64,000 nucleotides of DNA from Saprolegnia diclina VS20 (GCF_000281045.1 NW_008246068.1:394859-458858); one strand, 5' to 3'. Numbered from the stretch's first letter, positions 37,201 to 49,293 are shown. Notes: generated from the sequence alone by a model not told the origin. Made by a program: numbers and translations.

Positions 37201-40200
37201 TCTCGGAGCAGCGCAACACGTACCCCGACCCGAGCACCGGCAGTCGCCTTTTGTTTCCGACGGCGTGGCACTTTCCACTTGTCAACGGGCGTCTCGTCAG
37301 CGTCGAAGTGTCCAACAACCAGCAAGACTATACGTACAGTGGGATCAACTTTATGTACTACGACGATGCCACCGTTGCGGCGGTGACGCCGACGAAGGCA
37401 TTTGCAACCGATGCGATATCTTTCTTTGTCCTTGGCGCCGCCTTTCTCAACACGACCGAGCTCCGGTGCCGCGTCGGACCGACGACCGTCCGCGGCGTCT
37501 TTTTGACACCGAATGTCACGCTGTGCATTGTGACCTCGAGCCTCCTGGAGACGACGCTGCCAATGACGTCGACGACGTCCCCGAACGATCCCGTTCCGAC
37601 GTTTTCAGAGAGCGGGCAATATCTCTTTGTGGAAGTGGCCAACAACGGCGTCGATTTTACAGCCAACCGCGTCGGGTTCGAGTACCTCGGTCGCTGTCCG
37701 ACGGGCGCGTACTGTCCTCCGACATTGCAAGGGCGACAAGTGACGTGCCCCCGCGGCACCTACTGCCCCGGCGTCGGCAATGCCAACTATACGCTCTGCC
37801 CCCGGGGCACATACCAGCCGCTGCTTGGACAATCGAATTGCATTCGGTGCCCCATTGGGTATCATTGCCCTCACATTGGGTTGCATGTGCCCCGGGTATG
37901 CCCCGCCGGCTTTGTGTGCGACGTCACAGGCATCGAAGAAGCCGATCAGCCGTGCCCCGTGGGTCATTTTTGTCTCGAAGGCACGGCAACGACCGCGACG
38001 ACGTGCGGGAACACCGTTGCGTCGCGCAAGCTCGCCGGCGCGTACACTCAGGGCGAGCGCCCGTCAACGCTGCGCAAGGGCCGGCGGGCGACCCCCCAAG
38101 AGCCTGTGCTCGGCGGTCGGAATGCCGGGTGCTGGGACAATAGCACCGCCGACTTTGGTCTGCAGCTGAGCGCCAACCCGAGTCGGTTCTGGATGGAGCT
38201 CCATCAGTTGCCGTTGTCGTCGGACACGACAAGCTTTGTGCCGTTGCGCGGACGCTACTGCATGGACGATGCGTGCTTGAAGGTCCAGAGCCCCCTCTCG
38301 GTGCAGGACACGGTGTTTGACTACGCATCGACGGGGTTTGCTCTCCGACGACCGGTGCCGTGTCCGATGGGCACCTACTGCCACGCCGGTACGGCGGGCA
38401 ACGTCTCGACGATGAAGAACTTCACGATGCCCCAGCCGTGCTTTGAGAGCATGTACTGCCCGGAAGGTAGCGTTGCTCCGGTGGGCCAAGGCAACTGCCC
38501 GACGGGGCACTACTGTCCGTTTGGTGTCAAGCTGCCGTGTCCCGCCGGCACCTACTGCCCAAGCACGGGCAACTACGAACCTCTTCCGTGCCTCCCCGGA
38601 ACGTTCAATGGCATGGTGGGCCAGTCGTCGTGCACGCCGTGTCCCGCGGGCTTCATTTGCCCCGGGTTCAACCGTGTCCAGCCTGTTCTGTGTCCAGCGG
38701 GGTATGTCTGTTCGCGCGACCAGCTCGAATCGCCCAACATACTTTGTCCCCCGGGATACTATTGCCTTCAAGGTCTTTTGACCTCGGACCCGTTCCGGAA
38801 TGACACGACGCTGCGGCCGTACCCGTGTCGGCCCGGCACCTACTGCCTTGGTGGTGTCGTCGCCGACACGGTTGTGACGGGCGATTTCTCGTTCGCTCAA
38901 AACTGCACGGCGGGTTTCTACTGCGAACTCGCGTCCGTGTCGCCCAAGGGCATGGGCATGTGCCCCCCGGGCTTCATGTGCCCCGAGGGCACGGCCGCGC
39001 CGATTCCGACGCCGCTCGGGACGTACGCGCAGCGCAGCGGCACGGTGCAAGCCGCGCAGTGTGCACCGGGGTACTATGCCCCGACGATCGAGACCTCCGA
39101 GTGCTACCCGTGTCCGCCAGGCACGACATGCCAAGACGACGGCATGAGTGTGGCCGTCTTGTGTCCCCCGGGTGCGTATGCGCTGTCGATAGCCTCTTTG
39201 CTGATGGGCAGGCCGTAGGCTCGTACCGCAGTACGCTGGAGATTGACGGTATCGCTTGTATCCCGTGTCCCCAGGGCACGTGGTCCAAGAACTGGGGTCT
39301 CCGCGACGTGACCGAGTGCATGCTCTGCCCGCCCGGCACAGTGTGCGCGACGGACGGTATGACAAATCCGTGCAGCAACAGCGACCTTCCGCTGCCGTAT
39401 GTACCAACGAACGCGGACGAGTCCATGGAGCAGTGTCTCGGGAAGGGGCGCGCCTACTTCTTTGGCGTGCTCCTTGAGCCATGGATTGACGGCAACGGCG
39501 TCGGACCGCACTTTCTACCTCATATCTCGGGGCAGTGCTATTACAACCCACAGCCGTATGGAAGCCCCGTGTACCGTCGGTTCACCGAGTACTTTGGTCC
39601 ACTCTACGACATCACCAATGGCATTCCGAGCCAAGGGTATGGCGACGCGACGCAGGCGCCGGGCCCGAGTTACTTTGACCGCGGGTCGCTCTACATGGAT
39701 CTCACGTACTCGACGGTCTTTGACTTGCAGCGGAACTGCACCCGCGGCTTCTTCTTCAAGGACGCGTGGTTCCCCGGCACGTGCGAAGCCGACTTGATTT
39801 GCTACTCGACCAAAATCGCGCAGGCACTCATTTGCCCCGAGGGCTTCATCTGCGACGAAGCGACGACCGATGGCTCGTCGTTGAGCACGCCGTGTGCACC
39901 GGGGTACGTCTGTGCGTTTGGGTCGACGCCCGACACGTACCTCGAGTCGCCGCAAGGCCAGTACAGCAAGCTCTGTCCACGGTCGTATTTTTGTCTGGAG
40001 GGCACAGGCGAGGGCCTCATGAAGCAGGACCCGTGCCCGCCCAACTATTTTTGCCCCACGGGGACTGTCGACCCGTGGCACGGCCTGGTCGCCAACGACG
40101 CCTTGCGCCGGGGCCTCTCGTCGGCGTCGGCAAATCCCTACACGAGCACCGAGAGTATCGAGTACCTCGACGAAGGCGACGTCCGTGGCTTCTCGGCCCA

Positions 40201-43200
40201 CGACCTGCGCTGCCTCCTTGCCATCGACCCCGAGCTCCAAGAGACATACCACTTGGTCAATAGCGTCGTGTACAACACGGCCATCGAGAACGACCTCGCG
40301 TGCGCGCGCGACCACAAGTGGCGCCATGTGGTCAATGCGATCACGCGGGGCGAGTGCAACTGCACGCACCAAGTCGTGCTGACGCTGGACCTTTACAAGG
40401 TCTTTAGCTGCACCCCGCCCACGTGCGCCCTGCGCTCACTGCAGCTTGTGCTTGGCGCGACGTCGGCGTGGGGCGTCACCTTTCCATTTGCCCCGACTGC
40501 CGTGTATTCGTCGTACGCGGCGCTGGCCGCCGATGCAACAGCCGAGTACGCCGCCAAGACGCAGCTGTCGATGCGAGCACCAGTGAGCGACATCCTCTAC
40601 GATACGTACATGGCGGTGCAGCGGATTGCAGCGTTGGGCGCGTCGACGCCGACGGTGTTCAATGTCGACGGCAGCGGGAACGTCCTTCGTCCCGACTACT
40701 GCGAGTGCCAGCGCCTCCTCAAGTGTCCAAATGGAACAACGTCGCCGTTGGCGTCGGACGACATATTCGACTGCGTCAAGACGGGCGTTATTCTGCAGCG
40801 AATCGACTTGATTCCGCCGGGCCACCCGCGCCAGCTCAACGGTACTTGTCGCGTCATTACATCTCTTCATGAGGACCGTAGGGACGGACTACACGGTGCT
40901 CTCGGGCACTGGTGACCCGATCAGCACGCTGCAACTTGAGCCATACGAAGTGGCCATCGTGACCATCAACGCTACGGGCATGGACCCAAACATGACGTAC
41001 AACGACCACTACCGCTTCTCGGTGTATAAGAACTGCAAGCCGTGTCCGCCCAACTACAGCTGCAACTTGTACGCGATCCCGCCAGCGTGCACGTACCCCG
41101 GCGGTGCCAACACGACGGGCATGGCGCTCTACACGCAGTGTTTGGCGTCGGCGTCAACCGATGTCTGCGACGCGATTCCCTTCTTTTGCGAGATGCGGAG
41201 CAAGGTGAATGCGGACGGGACGCTGCGGACGACACCTGGCTGCTGCGCGTGCGAGCACGAAGAACTGCCCGTCTTCTTCCGCACCAACACGCCCGTGCTC
41301 GGGTTTCCCGACGACAAGCACGGCATGGTTCAGTTTACGATCTCGGCGGTCGCCCAAGTCGACGTGACGATCGTCGCCGAGCTCTTCCACGGTCTGTACT
41401 ACCGCAGCTTTGCAAGCGCGTTTGCAACGGCGAATGTCCAGCTCAGCGTCTTTACTCCGTCGCGTGCTTACTACACGCCGACGACGCCGACGTCCAATGC
41501 ATTCTTGCCGGTGTTACAATCGTCGGATTTCACGTCGCTCGCGCTGCCGCTCAACTTGCCCATGTCCCGCGTGCGCATTCCCGGGTCGCTTGGCTTCCAG
41601 ACGCAGCTCGAGACGTCGCTCTTCATTGACCGGGTCGCGGATGTGTTTGTCGGCGACCCGACGCTGCCGTCGTCGGTTGGGTTTACGCGCATCAGTGGCG
41701 AGCAGGCGCTGCTCGGCACCGTCCCGAATGCGTCGACCCAAGTGCTGCCGACCGACCTTTTTGGCAACCAGATCGTCCCCGACCCGCTCAACGACGTTGC
41801 GTACTCGTCGCGCTGGTGGCTTGACACGCAGCCCGGTGGGTTGGACGCGATTGCGCTGCCGTACTTGCCGTACTTTAGCGCCTGCGCCGGCTACGACTCG
41901 CACATGTCGTTGGCCAAGCTTCTCGAGACGCATCCAGACTGCGTCGAGGTCGACTACAACGTCACACGGCCCGTTGACGAGCTGCTGTGGCGCAAGAAGA
42001 CGGTGCCGCTCGCCGATACATGCGCCTTGCCGACGACCGGTATCGAGCTCCAGTGCGTCTACGAAGAAGACCTCGAGGGCGGCACGGACCAGCCGCGGTG
42101 GTACGAAGCGGACCCTGGCACTACGCTCTTTTGGCTGACACGGTACCCAATCGCCGCGTCCGACTTTGTGGGCAATGCGTCGAGCACAAACCCCATCTAC
42201 TGGGGCGAGACCGACGTCATCACAAACCTTCTCGGGTCGTCCGACCTCGTCGGTGTTGCCTGTACGTGCGTTCATTCGTGCATATACATTTTCACAAAAG
42301 AGACGTGTAGTGGGCCCCACGACGCAAGGGTACTCGATGGTGATGGCGAAGACTGTGGCGCTCAGCATCAACTATTACCAAATCACCGAAGGGCAAAAGA
42401 TCCTCGTCAACGCCCAGATTGACCTGACCGACCAGTGCGTCGTGTCCAAAGCCCCCCAGGACGTGGCCGACGCCGCCGTCAACGGTACGACCCAATGGGG
42501 AGATCCCACTTCACACGAATCTAGGCATTTACCCGTGTGTGACCAACGTCGTCACGGGCGGCTTGCTCTCGAAAGCCTACTCGCTCCAAGTGAGCTTTCA
42601 AGCGCTTGGGTGGTACGACCTCATGAACCAGTTCCGGTTCTCGATCCGCGTCTACCTCATGCTCTTTGGCGCGATCGGGGTCGGCATGGTCGCGCAAGGC
42701 GTACGTCGTCGTCGTCGCGTCTCCAAAAATGCTCACCCTGTTCGTGATCCTAGTATATCGTCTATTTGATCAACCGCATCTTTACCAAGATGCGCCACCC
42801 GCCACCGTTCCGCCTTCGGGAATTTCTCAAAGCCACAGCACCCCAGCCGGCGTTCGGGACGCTCCTCGCTGTCGTGCCCATCATGTGCGTGACGATTGCG
42901 ATCTATGGCTGGTGGAACGTTCTCAAGTCGAAAGCACCGACGCTCAACCCGAGCGCCTACTCGTTCGAAGGCGTCTCGGGCGACTGGCTGTACATTGCGG
43001 CCTTGGACGCTGCGCACGTCAAGGCGTTCAAAGCCGGTCGTGTCGGTGTCTCGCTACTGGGCTTTGGCATGTATCTGCTCCTCCTTGGCATGAAGTACAT
43101 GATCCCCGACGACATGGACCAGCAGAGCGAAGACAACTTGATGAACCAGTCGTCGCTGCAAGAGCCCACCGACCCGTTTGAGCTCCCGATCCCGAAAGAG

Positions 43201-46189
43201 ACCGAGGATGACAAGCTCCATGCGTCCGAAGACGCCAAGGAGACGAGCACGTACTGGAACCCGCGCGCGTGGAAGCGGGCCAACATGATCTTTGCGTCGT
43301 GCGTGACCGTGCTCACCCAAGTGGCCATCATCGAATTCTCGTATTCGACGTCGTTTACGGACCATTCATTCCGGTACTGGACGCTCTACAAGCTGCTCGA
43401 GCACGTCTACGACGCGTACATCGGTGGTGCACTCGGGGACACGCTTCTCTGCTTACCCCACGCGATCCTCATCGGGATCACGGAACTGATCATCACGCTG
43501 GCGGCGCCCGACTTCTACGCGTGCCTCATGGGTCTTTTCGCGATGCAGTGCTATATGATCATGGAGCGGCTCTTTGTCAACCCGTGGATTGAGGACATCA
43601 ACCGGCTCATGCCCAAGTGGAAGCTGCAGTTCCACCGCACGTTTCGCAAGAAGCGCCGGCGCACACGCGAGCAAAAAGCCAAGGAGGAGGCCGAGTGGCG
43701 TGCGCTGTGCCAAGAAATCGACGAAGCTGGCGCCGGTGTCGAAGTCATTTGCACCGCGTTCATCGACACGTCGCTCGGCGCCGCGTCCATGTACCTTGCA
43801 CCGCTCGTCATGGGGCTCATCTACCTCTTCAACGTCGAGGCGCAAATCGCAACCTTGTACGAGATCCTCGAGAACGATCTGATGTACTACATCCTCTTCG
43901 CGGTCGTGACGATTCCGTTCGTGAGCGTCCTCGATGTCGTGCTCTGGAACACACAAGAGCTCGTGCATGGATGGAAGGCGTACGAGTACGCCACGTACCA
44001 ACGCCACCGGTTCAGCATCCGAAAAGAGCGCTGGATTCTCAACGCGAAATTTCGCGACAAGTCGCTCGAAGAAGGCTTGCAGGACGTCGACATCCTCTGC
44101 TTCTCGTCGCAGTACTACTTTCTCATTGTCATTTACGCGTCCGGCCTTGTCTACCTCATGTTTGGCCTCTCGATCTTCCTCCGGCAAAGCTACAACCCGC
44201 TCGGCGACGTCATGATGCCTGTGATCCTCGTCTTGATCTTTGCATTTTGCACGGCCGTCACGCGCGTCTGCCTCTACATTGGTCGCAAGGCCAAGATCTG
44301 GGTCCCAAAGGGCCTCCGCGGCTCGATTGACGACGAAATTGCTGCGAAATTGGCCGTCGGCGCCGGTCGCCAAGAAGACTTGGAGATGGAGCGCATGGAG
44401 ATGGCGGCGCTCAACTCGGAGCGGTTCCGACACCGCTTTATGGAGCGCAACCGGCCGTGGATTCTGCAGCACATGGTCGAGCTCTTCACGCCTCGGACGC
44501 TGCAGATGCCCGGGCCGCTCCACGACGGCAAGCCCAATATTGAGTACATTCGCGACATCTACAACGAGCTGCTCAACATTGGCGAGGGCCGGCGCTTGGC
44601 GGGCGACGACCCCAACATCTCGTCCGACGACGAAGACGACCTCTTCAAGATGCGCCAAAACTGGTCCAACATTCCAGTCGACGGCGCCTCGAAAGACCTT
44701 GCGCTCTACTGGCTCGCAAAAGCCCGCAAGCGCATGGCGTTTGGGAAGCTCATTGCCGGCATTTTGCTGCAGCACAAGCAAGACGCGTGCGCGCTGTGTC
44801 TCAAGTCGGTCGCTGGCGGCTACACCATGACCGTCGACATTGCAACGCCGGATGGAAAGGAGCAAGACCGCGCTGGCCTCGACCGGCTCATCCGCGGGTT
44901 CGAAGCCAAGTACGGCGAGCGCGAAGCCGACTCGGATCTTTGGAAGGCGTACTTTCGGCAGCACGCCGTCTTTATCACGCTCTGCAACGTCTGCGTCTCG
45001 GTGCTCGAGCAAAAGCGGCTTGCGCGCATCGTTGCAGTGCCTCCGTACGTAAGTTGGCATCTGGCCTTTCTGAGTTTGCACTTGTAGGCGCCAAACGCGC
45101 GCCGAAGACTTGAGCTCGGACGACGACGACGAAGGTATTGACGTGGTCTTTGAGCCCATGGTCGTCTCGCGCACGTCGAGCGAAGGACGCGTCATGTCCA
45201 AGTGGCTCCAAGCAGCGCGGAAGCGGCTCGGCGGTGTCTTCCCAAGAGACTCGGCGCGGGCGGAAATGGAAGCGTATGCAGAGAAGATGCGCGCGGCAAA
45301 GGCCCGCAAGACCAAGAAGAAGCGCGTCGACTCGGACGACGAAGACCCGAGCGTGCACTGGAAGGTCTCGCTCACGGAAGCGTCGCGCGCGCTCCTCTTG
45401 AAATGGACGTGGCAAGCGCGGGACAAGCAGTTTGCCGCATTTCGCGCCAAAGCGTCGAGTCTCCGGTCGCAAATCGAGGCGACAGCGCACAAGATGCACG
45501 AAGTCGACGATTGGTTTTACTCGAAAGAGCTACGTCTCGAAGGCGCGTCGCTCGAGGCCAATGGCAAGCAGCTCCTCGAAGACCAGCTCGCGCTCGAAGG
45601 CGACGCGCAAACCAAGAGCCGCACGGCCACGCAAGAGCTCGATGCGTACGTGACGGAGAAGCGCGCGGCGATGGCCAAGGAGATCGACACGTTCAACTTG
45701 ATGCTCGAGAAGGAGCTCGTGAGTGCAAAGACGAGCAGCGCCGCAAAAGAAGTCGAGCTTGCCGAGGCCAAGCGCGCCAAGGAAGTCGAGTTTCTCGAGC
45801 TCCAAAAGCAAGCCAAAATCGACAACAATGGCAAAGTGCCGCCGATGCTCCTCAACGAACACCGCGCGTACCTCGCCAAGATGGACGACGACCGGTACAA
45901 AGCCCGCGACGACATTGAGAGCGCGGCGGCCGAGAAGGCCAAGCAGAAGCAAGATGCGTTCGACCGCAAGATCGCGCTCAGCGAACAAGGCATTCTTAAC
46001 CGCAGCGCCCTCCACGCCCACCGACTGCTCGCGATCCGAAAGGAGATGATGACGTCGCTGCGGATGCAAGAGAAAACGTGGCAGAACAAGGCGACGAGCT
46101 GGCTCGAAAAGGCCACGCGCAAAGTCGCCGTCAAGGAGCAAGAGGACGCGGCGAATGCCCTCGCGGCCAAGAAGCGCAAGAAGGCCTAA
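7207..46189 (+). CDS. Giant (12,841 aa) secreted, multi-pass membrane protein: signal peptide, 2 LamG, Ig/cadherin-like, about 60 IPT/TIG repeats with 3 nested inserts, Cys-rich repeats, about 10-11 TM, cytosolic coiled coil
   Basis: Ten GT-AG introns (7536-7585, 8331-8381, 12840-12882, 13745-13785, 39172-39218, 40842-40881, 42262-42310, 42485-42524, 42701-42753, 45045-45087) each bridge consecutive ORFs in the correct phase. CDS = 38,526 nt = 12,842 codons including stop. Hydrophobic N-terminus MRVLLGLVWLVSTACA. Confidence 0.85.
7290..8600 (+). other. Two LamG/concanavalin A-like (pentraxin-type) domains of the giant protein
   Basis: HFPLD; VTIGAWVY; WTFVAAVYN..LYVDG..FRGFIKHAFVYNVAL; then TLSLWL; WGHLALAYS..FYLNG..FRGAMDEIQLWSTA..LVGYWDLDG. 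Confidence 0.8.
24324..29120 (+). repeat. Insert 1 (about 1600 aa): 14 EVQ-type strands plus 14 GGTF...WxVTF domain bodies
   Basis: Lies between ...QLRCLVPP and GLQVSLNGQDW...YRY of one IPT domain. Strand='(' and body=')' order: ((((((()()))((()())()))()))). Confidence 0.8.
29973..31610 (+). repeat. Insert 2 (about 550 aa): 5 EVQ-type strands plus 5 domain bodies
   Basis: Lies between ...VTCRTPP and TSLSLAMNGADF...FQY of one IPT domain. Order: (()((()))). Confidence 0.8.
32388..36380 (+). repeat. Insert 3 (about 1330 aa): 12 EVQ-type strands plus 12 domain bodies
   Basis: Lies between ...FVQCAPP and VPVTVSSNGQDY...YQY of one IPT domain. Order: ((((((((()))())()))))()). Confidence 0.8.
37690..40080 (+). 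repeat. Cys-rich repeats (GCC2/GCC3, ephrin-receptor-like type) of the giant protein
   Basis: Many CPxGxYCP units: CPTGAYCP, CPRGTYCP, CPRGTYQP..GQSNCIRCPIGYHCP, CPAGTYCP, CPPGYYC, CPPNYFCP. Confidence 0.9.
42640..44290 (+). other. Multi-pass transmembrane region (about 10-11 helices) of the giant protein
   Basis: Hydrophobic segments include VYLMLFGAIGVGMVAQG|YIVYLI, FGTLLAVVPIMCVTIAIYGWW, VSLLGFGMYLLLLGM, YLAPLVMGLIYLF, YYILFAVVTIPFVSVLDVVLW, YYFLIVIYASGLVYLMFGLSIFL and VILVLIFAFCTAV. Confidence 0.85.
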
Positions 46190-46315
46190 ACCTGATTCGA
46201 TTTACATATGTTGTATCGAGCTATCGACTTGGTATCAACTTAATACAGTATGCTCCAACGCGAACACGAGACGACGGATGCGAGCTTGGTTGCGGTTGCG
46301 AGTATTACATTTCGA

Positions 46316-47002
46316 TTAACTAAACGTGTGGCCATCAAAGTCGTCCGAGTCGGACGAGAAAAGACTGGCATTCGACTGACTACCAGACGTCGGGCTCGTC
46401 GCGTCGCTTCGGTTGAGGAGCGCGAGGAGGCCATGTATCTGTTTTTTGTAATCGAGGCAGCAGCAGTATTCGGGCGAGATGGCTTGGCACGGCTGCGGCG
46501 TCAAGAGCCGCTCTGGCGTCAAGCACGAGAGGTCCAAGCGTCGCCGGCAGTGGCCGTCGGCAGCGAATTGCGGCAAGCGCAAGCAGCGCTGGCACAGCTT
46601 CCAGTCGTTGTACTGCGGTGGGCATCGCCGCAGTGTCTTGCAGCCACGCGGCATGTACCGCTGACATTGGTAGCACGTGTTCTTGCGCACGCACGTCGCG
46701 ACAAGCAGCCGCCGGTTCGTGCTGGGCTTGATGCGCGTCGGCGACACCTTGAGCTGCGAGCGGAGCACGCGATCCCACAGCGACGCGTCCATGAGGTGAT
46801 AGAGATACCGGCAGCTGCTCGAGAGCGACAAGAGCTCGCTCGCGTCGAGAAACTCGGCGATCGCGACGAGGATCTCGCTCGCGGTCGTGAGCAGGCGCGA
46901 CGCCCATATGTGGCTATGGACGCTCGGCTCGGCGACGACAATGAAGGTGCTGTAGGCGCGCGTGACCTTCCCGGCGCCGTCGGGCGGTCCCCGTCGTTTC
47001 AT
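46316..47002 (-). CDS. F-box protein with Cys-rich C-terminal region
   Basis: F-box-like LLTTASEILVAIAEFLDASELLSLSSSCRYLYHLMDASLW, followed by CYQC, CQRC and CCC clusters. Confidence 0.75.
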   Translation of the reverse strand: MKRRGPPDGAGKVTRAYSTFIVVAEPSVHSHIWASRLLTTASEILVAIAEFLDASELLSLSSSCRYLYHLMDASLWDRVLRSQLKVSPTRIKPSTNRRLLVATCVRKNTCYQCQRYMPRGCKTLRRCPPQYNDWKLCQRCLRLPQFAADGHCRRRLDLSCLTPERLLTPQPCQAISPEYCCCLDYKKQIHGLLALLNRSDATSPTSGSQSNASLFSSDSDDFDGHTFS

Positions 47003-47258
47003 GCGCAGCAAAATAAGAAATCCACGTTCGATTGAATGCTGGAAATCGGACCAATCAGCGACGCGCTGAGCTGGAACCCAGTGGAACGCAATGTTTTAAA
47101 ATGTGTTGAAATCCGCCGTCGTTTTATAGCATCTCCGATCGCTTTAGACTACATTTTGCTATGCAACGGGCCAGAAGGGACAATTAAAATACAATAAAAT
47201 GCCGCGCTAGATCGCAGGGGTGTGTCACGTCGGCGACCGGCGAAGACAAGACAAGACG

Positions 47259-49170
47259 ATGGCGTCCGAGAGCCACCTCCGCGTCCAGTACGAGTCGCTC
47301 CTCAAGGAGAACAAGCAGCTCAAGGGCTCGGTCGAGAAGCTCGAGCGCGAGAACCATGACCTGAAGCGCTCGGTCTATGAGCTCAGCCTCAAGTGCGGCG
47401 AGATGCGGCAAGACACGCCAGAAGCTGACGTGTGGCTAGGCTGGATGGCATCGCGCCGAGAAGCGCGCTGGCGACAACGGGCGCTGGCGCCATCGGTTCA
47501 GCGAGTGCCACTGGCGACGGCGGACCGGCCGTCTTTCGCATGAACGACCTCTTGGCCAAGGATGCGAGCCAGGAGAACGCCCCGTCGTACCTCGAGAGCA
47601 TGGCGCAGGGCGGCGACGACGACGATCCGACCGCGCACCAGAACCGCGTGCTCTACCAGAAGTCCGAGCTGCGTGGTCATGGCGGTACGCCACAACGATG
47701 CAGACGAGGCGTGACGACGACGCGTCTAGGCGCTGTGTATACGACCAAGTTTTCGCCTTGTGGCCGCCTCCTCGCGTCGGGCTCACTGGATTGCCGCGTA
47801 CTGCTCTGGGACATCACGACCAAGTTCAACCAGCAGCAGCTGGCGTCCCTCACGCAGCACAACCAACTCATCATCGACATCAGGTGCGTCATCGAGCATG
47901 CTCCTCTTGGTGCTGATGGGCGCCAATCTATTAGCTGGTCCAACGACAGCCGCTCGCTGCTCTCGGCGTCGTACGACCACACGGTGAACCTCTGGGACAC
48001 GGACAAGGGCCAGCTCGTCAACAGTGTCGGCGTCAACGGCCTTGTCCAAACGGTCGCCTTCAACCCTGCTGGTACCTCCACCCATTCCGTGATGTGCCGT
48101 CGTCACCATTGCCGTAGACAACGACATGTATTTCATTGGTACGAGCCAGAAGAGCGTCCACGTGCTCGATGTCCGCGCCGGTCTTGCCTCGTACGTTGCT
48201 GCATGCAGCCCCGGCATCACATGCTTGTAGCTCGTGGGCCCATGATGCGATGGTCAACTCGCTTTACGTGACGTCCGACGGCCAGCAACTCATCACAGGC
48301 GATAGCAAGGTAGGTCGGCTCGCTCTCAAGTGCAAAATCATCATGCAAAACTCGTGCAGGGCTGGGTCAAGACGTGGGACGTGCGTGCGGGCAAGGTCAT
48401 CGACGACCTCTCGCAGCTCAACGACGACGGGCATCATGCCATCTCGCACGTGCACGCGTCGCCGGCTGGCGATGGCCGCGGAGGCGACGAAGACGGGCGG
48501 TACCTCGCTGTCAACAGCTACGACAACCTCTTGCGTGTCTATGATCGGTACACCCTAAATGTCCACATTTGGCTCGTCTCAGATTCTGGTGAACTTCTAG
48601 CGGCTCCAAGCTCATTAGCAATACGCAGGGCGTGGACCCGATGCAGCTCAGCTACTTTGTTGCGGGTGCGATGCTGATGCGTGGATGGCCCCACACCGTA
48701 TACGTTCTGTCCTGATCTAGGCCATAAGAATAAGAACTGGCCGATCAAGAGCTCGTTCTTCCGCGGCGAAGGCAACACGTACAAGCTCTCGCTGCCGTCC
48801 AACCGGTTCCCCAAGCGCAAGCTCACGGACGGCGACAACGAAGACCTCGGCTACCAAGACCGGTACCGTCGTGCCGTCGCGGGCCTCGGGTACAATGAAT
48901 GTGCGTAGCGAACTGCAGGAGAAGCCCGACGAAGTCATGCTGCTCGCGACTGGCAGCGCCGACAACACGATCTACCTTCACGACGTCACGTGCCGCCGCG
49001 GCTATGGCCTCAACGGATCCACGAGCCTCCTCCAGCGCCTCGAAGGCCACACGGACCGCGTCTACTCGGTGGACTTTCACCCGAGCGAGCCAATTTTGGC
49101 GTCGGCGTCGGCGGATTTTACCGTCAAAATCTGGCTGCCCCGGACGTCGCGCCTGAACAAACCGTCGTAA
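47259..49170 (+). CDS. WD40-repeat protein with N-terminal coiled coil, many short introns
   Basis: Coiled coil YESLLKENKQLKGSVEKLERENHDLKRSVYEL; WD repeats LRGHG|GAVYTTKFSPCGRLLASGSLDCRVLLWD, LLSASYDHTVNLWD and LEGHTDRVYSVDFHP..ILASASADFTVKIW. First intron 47393-47439. Confidence 0.85.
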
Positions 49171-49276
49171 TCCCGTAATTTGATTCTCATGGTCGTATAA
49201 TTCCGTCGCTCGACCGTCTCAAGGCAGCGAGGTCCATGGCTCCGAGGCCGCGGCGGTCCCGCAGGTAGAAACCCCG

Positions 49277-49293
49277 CCAATCGCGCTGATTGG
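49277..49293. promoter_or_regulatory. Inverted pair of CCAAT boxes upstream of the CDT2-like gene
   Basis: CCAATcgcgctgATTGG, about 145 bp upstream of the ATG at 49437. Confidence 0.4.

Larger units (their letters stand above)
9420..37690 (+). repeat. Protein-level tandem IPT/TIG repeats (about 90-95 aa each, roughly 60 by eye), interrupted by three inserts
   Basis: Recurring consensus P.V.SI.P..G...GGT.V.V.G..F......C.FG......A......L.C..P.......V.VS.NG.DF......F.Y. Copies are divergent at the DNA level. Confidence 0.9.

Noticed and set aside
9420..37690. DNA-level tandem array or CRISPR-like repeat
   Set aside because: Periodicity is visible only at the protein level; no identical nucleotide repeats with spacers were seen, and the context is eukaryotic.
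13786..39171. Bacterial contamination or prophage suggested by the intronless giant ORF and phage-like domains
   Set aside because: The exon is spliced to flanking exons by host-type introns, composition matches neighbours, and no phage hallmark genes are present.
7207..46189. Treating ORFs 8388, 12952, 13884, 38825, 40869, 42766 and 45110 as separate genes or as a frameshifted pseudogene
   Set aside because: Every break coincides with a 40-53-nt GT-AG intron of the right phase, and the internal ORFs lack their own signal peptides or intergenic spacers.
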